NCBI GenBank assembly: GCA_964534045.1
Contig: CAZHNO010000001.1
Span: forward strand, 224,621-288,620
From: an uncultured archaeon
GTDB taxonomy: Archaea; Iainarchaeota; Iainarchaeia; Iainarchaeales; JAAZKV01
DNA length: 64,000 nucleotides
Direction: 5' to 3'
The position numbers were made by a program, and so were the translations under genes. The notes beneath the pieces are model-generated. The model worked only from the letters and a program-made list of their open reading frames with translations, searched no databases and had not been told where the DNA came from. Shown piece by piece: positions 57,497 through 64,000 of this stretch (position 1 is its first letter; every line of letters begins with the position of its first letter).

Positions 57497-58443
57497 TTGA
57501 AAGAACATTTATAAAAAAGAATTTCAACAAAATGGACTTGGAAAATTATTTAGAAAAAAAATTAGATAGGGCAGGATTTAGTCATTTGGAAATTATTAAA
57601 ACTCCACTAGTAACAAGAATTGTTTTACACGTAGCAAAACCTGGTTTGGCAATAGGAAAAAGTGGAGCAACAATAAAAGAATTAACAGAAAAAATCGCAA
57701 CAGATTTCAATATTGACAATCCCCAAATAGAAATACAAGAAATAAAAAATCCAAATTTAAACGCAAAAATTTTAGTAAACAAAATGGCATCAATGATTGA
57801 TAAAGGATATGCATGGAGAAGTGTAGCATTTAGAATGATTAGAGACATAATGGGTTCGGGAGCACAAGGAGTAGAATTAGTTTTCAAAGGAGCTCTTGGA
57901 GGAAAAGGAGCAAGAAAAAGAAAACAAAGAATTGCTTTAGGATATATGAAAAAAATTGGTGATCAAGCAAAATATGTTGACAGAGCAAAAGCACCATCAA
58001 ATCCAAAATGTGGAGCAATAGGAATCAAATTAAGCATTATTCATCCAGAAGTTGTTTTCCCAGACAAAATTGATGTTAATAAAGTTGTTAGTGAAATTAA
58101 AAAAATAAAGCAAGAAACAAAAGAACAAGAAGAAAAAAATGCAGAAGCAACTGGAAAGAAAGAAGAAATTGTAACAAAAAAAGAAGAAGTAAAAGAAAAA
58201 GCTGAAAATAAAACAGAAGAAAGCACATCAAAAAAAGAAATAAAAACCGAACATAAAAAAGAAGAAAATAAAGAAGGACTTTTAGAAAAAATAGAACATG
58301 CTGTAGAAAAAGTTGAAAAAACTGCAGTAGAAGTAGTTGAAGAAGTAGAAGCAGCTGCAGAAAAAGTTGTTGAAAAAATTGAAGAAAAAATAGAACCAAA
58401 AGTAGATGCAAAAAAACACGAAGCAAAAAAAGGAAAAAAGTGA
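57493..58443 (+). CDS. rps3: ribosomal protein S3 (uS3) with ~110-aa K/E-rich C-terminal tail
   Basis: KH domain IVLHVAKPGLAIGKSGATIKEL; C-terminal EEKNAEATGKKEEIVTKKEEVKEK... low complexity. Confidence 0.85.
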   Translation: MIERTFIKKNFNKMDLENYLEKKLDRAGFSHLEIIKTPLVTRIVLHVAKPGLAIGKSGATIKELTEKIATDFNIDNPQIEIQEIKNPNLNAKILVNKMASMIDKGYAWRSVAFRMIRDIMGSGAQGVELVFKGALGGKGARKRKQRIALGYMKKIGDQAKYVDRAKAPSNPKCGAIGIKLSIIHPEVVFPDKIDVNKVVSEIKKIKQETKEQEEKNAEATGKKEEIVTKKEEVKEKAENKTEESTSKKEIKTEHKKEENKEGLLEKIEHAVEKVEKTAVEVVEEVEAAAEKVVEKIEEKIEPKVDAKKHEAKKGKK

Positions 58444-58450
58444 TTGAACT

Positions 58451-58651
58451 ATGGTTAAAGCAAAAGATTTAACAGGATTAAGCAAGAAAGAGCTTGAAGA
58501 AAAAATTGTTGAATTAAAACAAGATTTAACAAAGGAAAGAGCAACAATTGCTTCAGGAACAAAAAGCGAAAATCCAGGAAAAATAAAAAAAATTAGAAAA
58601 GATATTGCGAGAATATTTACAGTAATAAATACAAAAAAGGAGAGCAATTAA
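58451..58651 (+). CDS. rpl29: ribosomal protein L29 (uL29)
   Basis: LSKKELEEKIVELKQDLTKERATIASG pattern. Confidence 0.8.
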   Translation: MVKAKDLTGLSKKELEEKIVELKQDLTKERATIASGTKSENPGKIKKIRKDIARIFTVINTKKESN

Positions 58652-58953
58652 TGCAAGAAATTGATAAAATCAGTGGGTTGCCAAAAGATTTGTTTGATAT
58701 TACAAACATAACAAAAGAGCAACAAAAAATCAAAATTGAGGTGAAAAGAATTAGGTTCAAAAAAATGATGACAATAATTAGCGGCATTGATGATAAACAA
58801 CAAGCAAAAGAATTGGGAAAAGAAATGAAACAAAAATTTGCTTGTGGCGGAACTGTTAAGGATGGAATCATTGAAATTCAAGGGGACCACAAAAATAAAT
58901 TAAAAGAATTTTTAATAAAAAAAGGATATAAGGAAGATTTGATTGAAATTTAG
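58651..58953 (+). CDS. translation initiation factor SUI1 (aSUI1/eIF1 homolog)
   Basis: KIEVKRIRFKKMMTIISGIDDK...KQKFACGGTVKDGIIEIQGDH SUI1 fold signature. Confidence 0.75.
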   Translation: MQEIDKISGLPKDLFDITNITKEQQKIKIEVKRIRFKKMMTIISGIDDKQQAKELGKEMKQKFACGGTVKDGIIEIQGDHKNKLKEFLIKKGYKEDLIEI

Positions 58954-58959
58954 GGAGAG

Positions 58960-59217
58960 ATGATGATTAAAGGCAAAGGATATGAAATCAATGACAAAAA
59001 TTTTCTAAGCCATGAGATGATTGGTTTGAAATTGAAAGTTATTGAAAGTTCAGATCCTAGCAGAAAAGGAATAACAGGGAAAATAATCAATGAAACAAAA
59101 AACACTTTTATTTTGGAAGATGGAAAAATTCTTCCAAAAAAAGAATGTGTTTTTGAATTTATTGATATTGGAATTGTTGATGGAAAAAAAATTTTGAAAA
59201 GGCCGGAAGATAGGTGA
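58960..59217 (+). CDS. rnp1: RNase P protein component Rpp29 (Pop4)
   Basis: Canonical position between SUI1 and S17; [46 protein letters not shown] matches the Rpp29 barrel. Confidence 0.7.
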   Translation: MMIKGKGYEINDKNFLSHEMIGLKLKVIESSDPSRKGITGKIINETKNTFILEDGKILPKKECVFEFIDIGIVDGKKILKRPEDR

Positions 59218-59222
59218 TTAAA

Positions 59223-59567
59223 ATGGTTGAAAAAAAGAAAGCAAAAAAAGTCAAGACTGACAAAAAAGATACAAGCAATATACCTAAGGCACCAGCAAAA
59301 GAAAAAAAATATCCAATCAGAGGGAATATACTTGAAGGAATTATAACATCTGCAAAAGCACAAAGAACTGTGACTGTTAAGAGAGAAATTATACATTATA
59401 TTTCAAAATATGAAAGATACAAAAAAGTATTTTCAAAAATAAAAGCACACGTTCCCGAAGGAATGATGGTAAAAGAAGGAGATAAAGTAAAAATTGGAGA
59501 AACAAGAAGAATTAGCAAAACAAAAAACTTTGTTGTTATTGAAGTGTTAAGTGGGAGAAAAGAATAA
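59223..59567 (+). CDS. rps17: ribosomal protein S17 (uS17)
   Basis: [30 protein letters not shown]...[20 protein letters not shown]. Trimmed from a GTG track start to the ATG after AGGTGA. Confidence 0.85.
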   Translation: MVEKKKAKKVKTDKKDTSNIPKAPAKEKKYPIRGNILEGIITSAKAQRTVTVKREIIHYISKYERYKKVFSKIKAHVPEGMMVKEGDKVKIGETRRISKTKNFVVIEVLSGRKE

Positions 59568-59582
59568 TTTTAGGTGAGATAA

Positions 59583-59981
59583 ATGAAAGCATTAAGCATA
59601 TCAAACAACAGAGCACTTACGCTAAAGAGTTATGCAACTTGTGCTGATAATAGCGGAGCAAAAGAAGTTTATGTTATAGGTGTGTTCAAATATACCACAA
59701 AGAAAAAAGGAAATCCACAAGCAGGAATTGGCTCAATGGTTAATGTTGTAATTAAAAAAGGAAAACCTGAAATGAGAGGAAAAATAGAGAAAGCGGTTAT
59801 TATAAGAACAAAACAAGCATTTAGACGACCAAATGGAATGAGAGTACAATTTGAAGACAATGCAGTAGTATTAGTTGATGCTGATGGATTACCAAAAGCA
59901 TCAGAAATTAAAGGATGCGTAGCAAAAGAAGTTGGAGAAAGATATCCAAAAATAGTTGGAATCGCATCAGTGGTTATTTAG
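59583..59981 (+). CDS. rpl14: ribosomal protein L14 (uL14)
   Basis: Conserved uL14 sequence; AGGTGAG RBS. Confidence 0.85.
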   Translation: MKALSISNNRALTLKSYATCADNSGAKEVYVIGVFKYTTKKKGNPQAGIGSMVNVVIKKGKPEMRGKIEKAVIIRTKQAFRRPNGMRVQFEDNAVVLVDADGLPKASEIKGCVAKEVGERYPKIVGIASVVI

Positions 59982-59991
59982 GTGAATTAAA

Positions 59992-60357
59992 ATGAAAACA
60001 AGCAAACCAAGAAAATCAAGAAAAAATGCATTTACTGCACCAAAACATATAAAATCAAAATCAATTGCCGGGCATTTGAGTGAAAGATTAAGAAAAGAAT
60101 TAGGAAGAAGAAGTATTCCTTTGAAAAAAGGAGATATAGTTAAAATTGTTAGAGGAAATTTTAAAGGAAAAGAAGGAAAAATAACAAAGGTAAATAGAGA
60201 AACAAAAAAGATTTTTATTGAAAAAATAATTCGAAAAAAAAGCGATGGAACAGAATTTGAAGTTGCAATAGACCCATCAAAAATAATTGTTAGAGATATT
60301 GACACTAGCGATAAAAAAAGAATAAAAAAGAAAACGAGTGTGAAAAAAAATGAGTAA
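59992..60357 (+). CDS. rpl24: ribosomal protein L24 (uL24, KOW)
   Basis: KKGDIVKIVRGNFKGKEGKITKV KOW motif. Confidence 0.85.
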   Translation: MKTSKPRKSRKNAFTAPKHIKSKSIAGHLSERLRKELGRRSIPLKKGDIVKIVRGNFKGKEGKITKVNRETKKIFIEKIIRKKSDGTEFEVAIDPSKIIVRDIDTSDKKRIKKKTSVKKNE

Positions 60358-61066
60358 TAAAGGTGAAAAGAAAAAAATTAAGGCATTAAATGCTCCAAAA
60401 GCAGTTAAATTAAAGCGAAAAGAACAAGCGTGGACAATAAGGACAAGAGCTGGAGCCCATAAATTAAATGATTCAGTTTCATTAGGAATGGTGCTAAGAA
60501 ATTATTTAGGTTTAGCCGGAACAATGAGAGAAGCAAAAACAATTTTGTTAGCTGGTGATATAAAAATAAACGGAAGAATTAGAAAAGATTATAGATTGGG
60601 TGTTGGATTATTTGACACTATATCAATTGAAAAACAAAAAAAGAATTACAGAGTTATTTTTGATAAAAAAAGAAGAATTCAATTAAAAGAATTAGAAAAA
60701 AATTCAAATGAAAAAATTAGCAAAGTTGTTTCAAAAAAAGCAACAAGAAAAGGAGTTCAAATAACAACAAACGATGGAAGAATATTTATTAACGATAAAG
60801 CAAAAGTTGGGGACTCATTGAAAATAAAAGATCCTGAAGGAAAAATTGAAGAAATTTTAGAAATGAAAGAAGGAGCATTAGCATATATAACAAAAGGAAC
60901 ACATTGTTCAGAAAAAGGAAAAATAAAAGAAATTGTAAAGGGAACAGCAAAAAGAGAAAAATTAGTAAAAATAATACAAGATGAAAATGAATTTGAAACA
61001 ATAGCTGAAAACATAATGGTTATTGGAGAAAAAGAAGAAGCAATAGGAGATTTGAAAAAAATATAA
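60350..61066 (+). CDS. rps4e: ribosomal protein S4e (eS4)
   Basis: LNAPKAVKLKRKEQAWTIRTRAGAHKLNDSVSLGMVLRNYLGLA conserved N-terminus. Confidence 0.85.
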   Translation: MSNKGEKKKIKALNAPKAVKLKRKEQAWTIRTRAGAHKLNDSVSLGMVLRNYLGLAGTMREAKTILLAGDIKINGRIRKDYRLGVGLFDTISIEKQKKNYRVIFDKKRRIQLKELEKNSNEKISKVVSKKATRKGVQITTNDGRIFINDKAKVGDSLKIKDPEGKIEEILEMKEGALAYITKGTHCSEKGKIKEIVKGTAKREKLVKIIQDENEFETIAENIMVIGEKEEAIGDLKKI

Positions 61067-61079
61067 ATAAGGTATTGTT

Positions 61080-61577
61080 ATGATGCAAGATATTATAATA
61101 GAAAAAGTTGTTGTCAACATGGGAATTGGTGCTGATCCTGAAAAAATGAAAAAAGGACAAAAAGTTCTTGAGTTAATAACTGGAAGAAAAGCAGTAAAAA
61201 CTTCAGGTAAAAAAAGAATACCTGACTGGGGAGTAAGACCAGGACTACCATTAGGATTAAAAGTTACTTTACGAGATGAAAAAGCAAAAGGATTTTTGAT
61301 GGAAGCGTTTAAAGCAAAAGAAAACAAAATGAAGGCTAAAAGCTTTGATAAGGAAGGAAACTTTGGTTTTGGAATAGCAGAACACATTGATTTACCAGGC
61401 GTAAAATATGATCCAAAAACAGGAATACTTGGATTTGATGTTTTAGTAACTTTAAAGAAAAAAGGATTTAGAGTAAAAGTAAGAAAAATAAAAAGTACAA
61501 GAATAGGAAAGAAACAAAGAATAACAAAAGAAGAAGCAATTGAATTTGTTAAAACTCTTGGAGTTGAAATAATATGA
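61080..61577 (+). CDS. rpl5: ribosomal protein L5 (uL5)
   Basis: Conserved uL5 core (FGFGIAEHIDLPGVKYDPKTGILGFDV). Confidence 0.85.
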   Translation: MMQDIIIEKVVVNMGIGADPEKMKKGQKVLELITGRKAVKTSGKKRIPDWGVRPGLPLGLKVTLRDEKAKGFLMEAFKAKENKMKAKSFDKEGNFGFGIAEHIDLPGVKYDPKTGILGFDVLVTLKKKGFRVKVRKIKSTRIGKKQRITKEEAIEFVKTLGVEII

Positions 61578-61729
61578 CGCAAGAAAAAGAATATAAGTTT
61601 GAAAGAAGAAAAAAAAGATGCAAAATGTGCGGTGTACAAAAGGGAGTTATTAGCAAATATAAATTAAATATCTGTAGAAGATGTTTCAAACAAAATGCTG
61701 AAAGGCTAGGTTTCAAAAAATTTGATTAG
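61574..61729 (+). CDS. rps14: ribosomal protein S14 (uS14, zinc-binding type Z, 51 aa)
   Basis: Below the ORF-track cutoff: MTQEKEYKFERRKKRCKMCGVQKGVISKYKLNICRRCFKQNAERLGFKKFD with C-x2-C...C-x2-C. The ATG overlaps the L5 stop (ATGA). Confidence 0.8.
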   Translation: MTQEKEYKFERRKKRCKMCGVQKGVISKYKLNICRRCFKQNAERLGFKKFD

Positions 61730-61737
61730 GTGTTAAT

Positions 61738-62130
61738 ATGAGTATGAATGATCCAGTAACAGATGCCCTGACAAAAATCAGGAATGCAGAAGCAGTATCA
61801 AAAAAAGAATGTATACTAAAACCTGCTTCAAAATTTTTAGGAGAAGTTCTAAGAGTGGCAAAAGAAAATGAATATATTGCAGAGTACAAAATAAATGATG
61901 AAAAAGGAATAATTACTTACAAAGTAACACTTAACGGAAAAATGAATGAATTTAAGGGAATTAAACCAAGATATGCAGTAAAAAATAATGAGTTTGAAAA
62001 ATATGAAAAAAGATATTTACCAGCAAGAGATGTTGGATTGATAATTGTATCTACCCCCCAAGGTGTGATGAGCCACACTCAAGCTAAACAAAAAGGACTT
62101 GGTGGAAGGTTAATTGCGTATATTTATTAG
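61738..62130 (+). CDS. rps8: ribosomal protein S8 (uS8)
   Basis: MNDPVTDALTKIRNAE...GLIIVSTPQGVMSHTQAKQKGLGGRLIAYIY. Confidence 0.85.
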   Translation: MSMNDPVTDALTKIRNAEAVSKKECILKPASKFLGEVLRVAKENEYIAEYKINDEKGIITYKVTLNGKMNEFKGIKPRYAVKNNEFEKYEKRYLPARDVGLIIVSTPQGVMSHTQAKQKGLGGRLIAYIY

Positions 62131-62138
62131 GTGTTAAT

Positions 62139-62726
62139 ATGACTACAAAAGAAATGATAGAAACAATAAAAATTCCAGAAGGAATAAATTTTGAAGTAAA
62201 TGGAAATACATTAACACTTAAAAGTGGTAAAGGGGAATTAAAAAGAGAATTCAAAAGTCATAGAATAAAATTTGAAAAAAAAGAAAGTGCATTAATTGTT
62301 ATTGGAACACCAGCAAATAGACAAACAAGTGCTCTTTTGAATACAATAGTTGCACACACAATAAATATGGTTAAAGGATTAAAATTTGGATTTAAATATG
62401 ACTTACAAATTTCTTACTCACACTTTCCAATGACAGCTGAATTAAAAAACAAAGAAATTTTTATAAAAAATTTTTTAGGAGAAAAATTTCCTAGAAAAGC
62501 AAAAGTGGTAGGAGATACAAAAGTAGAAATAAAAGGACAAGATGTTAAAGTTAGTGGACATAACTTAGAAGAAGTAAGTCAAACAGCAGCAAACATTTCA
62601 CAAGCATCAAAAGTAAGAGGAAGAGATATTAGAAGATTCACTGATGGAATTTATTTAGTTGAAAGAGGAACTATTGAAAAAGTTCCTGAGGATTTCAAAG
62701 TTGAAGTAATAAGAGGAAGGGAATAA
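62139..62726 (+). CDS. rpl6: ribosomal protein L6 (uL6)
   Basis: Two uL6 repeats; AGGTG RBS. Confidence 0.85.
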   Translation: MTTKEMIETIKIPEGINFEVNGNTLTLKSGKGELKREFKSHRIKFEKKESALIVIGTPANRQTSALLNTIVAHTINMVKGLKFGFKYDLQISYSHFPMTAELKNKEIFIKNFLGEKFPRKAKVVGDTKVEIKGQDVKVSGHNLEEVSQTAANISQASKVRGRDIRRFTDGIYLVERGTIEKVPEDFKVEVIRGRE

Positions 62727-62727
62727 A

Positions 62728-63360
62728 ATGACTGAAACAAAAAAAGCAACAAAGAAAAAAAATGCACACACAACTGAAACTAAAGAAAAAGTTTCAAAAA
62801 CACTTTCTGCTAAAGAACACCCTGCCCCAAAACATGAAGAAAAAACACATCTTGAAAAGAAGCATGAAACAAAAGCAGAAATTAAAAAAGAACACTCTGA
62901 AAAAAAACACGAAACAGAAAAAGAAGTTAAAAAAGAAATCAAAAAGAAAAAATTTATTTTGGAAGAAAAAAAAGAAAATAAAACAAAGAGTAAGGAAGCA
63001 AAAGAAATTCAAAAAACTTTAGACAAAAAAAGATTACCAACATTTAGAGGAAGATTTGGAAAGAAAAATATTAGAAGAAAAAGCAAAAAGAAATGGCAAA
63101 AATGGAGAAAACCAAGATCAATAGATTTGGATAGAGGATTACAACACGGATTTAGACCAAAAATAGGATATAGAACTAAAGCTGAAACAAGAGGATTACA
63201 CCCATCAGGATATAAAGAAATTAGAGTTGAAAACTTAAATGATTTAGAAAAAGTTAATATAAAAACTGAAGCAATAAGAATTGGCGCAACAGTTGGAAAA
63301 AGAAAAAGGAATGATATTGTAAAAAAAGCAAATGAAAAAGGAATTTGGATATTGAATTAG
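62728..63360 (+). CDS. rpl32e: ribosomal protein L32e (eL32) with ~95-aa K/E/H-rich N-terminal extension
   Basis: C-terminal WRKPRSIDLDRGLQHGFRPKIGYRTKAETRGLHPSGYKEIRVEN...TVGKRKR core. Confidence 0.8.
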   Translation: MTETKKATKKKNAHTTETKEKVSKTLSAKEHPAPKHEEKTHLEKKHETKAEIKKEHSEKKHETEKEVKKEIKKKKFILEEKKENKTKSKEAKEIQKTLDKKRLPTFRGRFGKKNIRRKSKKKWQKWRKPRSIDLDRGLQHGFRPKIGYRTKAETRGLHPSGYKEIRVENLNDLEKVNIKTEAIRIGATVGKRKRNDIVKKANEKGIWILN

Positions 63361-63368
63361 GTGTTATA

Positions 63369-63815
63369 ATGAATGGAAAAAAAGCAAAAGAATTGGCAGC
63401 AATAATCTTGAAATGCGGTGTTGGAAAAATATATCTTGATCCAACCCAAATGAACAAGATAAACGAAGCCATGACAAAGGATGATGTTAGAGGTTTAATT
63501 GCAGATAGAATAATTAAGAAAAGACAGGATAATTATCAAAGCAAAGGAAGAACAAGAGAGTTAAAAATAAAAAGAAAAAAGGGAAGAAAAAGAGGATTTG
63601 GAAAAAGAAAAGGAACTAAAAAAGCCAGAGTTGGAAAAAAAGAAACATGGATAAAAAAAGTAAGAGCACAAAGAGCAATGCTTAATGAACTAAAAAAAGA
63701 AAATCCAGAAGCTGTAAAAGCAGTAGGTTATTCAAACGTTTATAAAAAAATAAAGGGCGGATTTTTCAAAGGAAAAAAATACTTAAAAGAATATGTTGAA
63801 GGTGGCAAAAAATGA
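63369..63815 (+). CDS. rpl19e: ribosomal protein L19e (eL19)
   Basis: KCGVGKIYLDPTQMNKINEAMTKDDVRGLIADRIIKKRQ. Trimmed from a TTG track start to the ATG after AGGTG. Confidence 0.8.
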   Translation: MNGKKAKELAAIILKCGVGKIYLDPTQMNKINEAMTKDDVRGLIADRIIKKRQDNYQSKGRTRELKIKRKKGRKRGFGKRKGTKKARVGKKETWIKKVRAQRAMLNELKKENPEAVKAVGYSNVYKKIKGGFFKGKKYLKEYVEGGKK

Positions 63816-63864
63816 ACACGGAAAAATCAGTAATTTTTCCTATTAATTTTTTAGGTGATAAAAA

Positions 63865-64000
63865 ATGAAAGATAAAACATTCGAAGTAAAATTCAAGCGA
63901 AGACGACAAGGACGAACAGATTATTCAAAAAGATTAGCTTTAGTTAAATCTAGAAAATTAAAAATAACTGTAAGAAAAACAAATACCCAAATTATTGCAC
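63865..64000 (+). CDS. rpl18: ribosomal protein L18 (uL18), N-terminal fragment; continues past the window end
   Basis: MKDKTFEVKFKRRRQGRTDYSKRLALVKSRKLKITVRKTNTQIIA matches the uL18 N-terminus; AGGTGA RBS. Confidence 0.7.
   Translation, partial: MKDKTFEVKFKRRRQGRTDYSKRLALVKSRKLKITVRKTNTQIIA

Noticed and set aside
58097-58426. Many L/F/K-rich antisense or alternate-frame ORFs across the RNAP and r-protein region (e.g. 38291..38623, 39308..39700, 58097..58426, 62762..63022, 60962..61639)
   Set aside because: These are low-complexity translations of AT-rich coding DNA on the wrong strand or frame. All overlap strongly supported conserved genes.
1-64000. CRISPR array, rRNA genes, transposase or integrase genes
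   Set aside because: No regularly spaced direct repeats with unique spacers, no rRNA-like conserved sequence, and no DDE or tyrosine-recombinase-like ORF were seen. The only mobile-element evidence is the tRNA-Thr 3' duplication and the short repeats described above.

Overview
This is an AT-rich (~30% GC) archaeal window. It carries Shine-Dalgarno-like GGTGA/GGAGG sites 5-9 nt upstream of many starts, a split rpoB (B''/B') and intron-containing tRNAs. I infer a small-genome DPANN-type archaeon (Woesearchaeota/Pacearchaeota/Nanoarchaeota-like), but I cannot prove this without a search.

The right half (33.2-64 kb) is the conserved archaeal transcription/translation super-cluster: rpoH-rpoB''-rpoB'-rpoA'-rpoA''-L30e-nusA-S12-S7-EF2-EF1a-S10, then an insertion (RtcB-like ligase, membrane proteins, a surface protein), then L3-L4-L23-L2-S19-L22-S3-L29-SUI1-Rpp29-S17-L14-L24-S4e-L5-S14-S8-L6-L32e-L19e-L18. 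Many of these proteins carry unusual K/E-rich extensions, and small membrane-protein genes are wedged inside the RNAP operon.

The left half (0-33 kb) is accessory-like. It contains:
- three paralogous class-III-signal-peptide (type IV pilin-like) proteins. Two share a near-identical ~490-bp N-terminal module fused to unrelated C-terminal domains (Gly-rich, GLUG repeats, LamG lectin-like).
- a 1669-aa membrane-anchored giant surface protein flanked by radical SAM genes (one is Taw1).
- three tRNAs (Thr; Glu and Asp with long canonical-position introns).
- a degenerate tRNA-Thr 3'-half copy.
- a structured ncRNA that I tentatively read as RNase P RNA.
- a conserved two-hairpin RNA element that occurs both inside the tRNA-Glu intron and next to the ncRNA, with compensatory base changes between copies.
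- a DUF5320/DUF134 gene pair with an upstream palindrome.
- a three-gene minus-strand cluster: a U32-family Fe-S protein, a compact [FeFe]-hydrogenase H-cluster-domain homolog of 282 aa, and an anSME-like radical SAM/SPASM enzyme.

The strongest candidates for undescribed biology are the hydrogenase-like/SPASM/U32 cluster and the modular pilin-adhesin cassette system. No CRISPR array, rRNA or obvious transposase is present.
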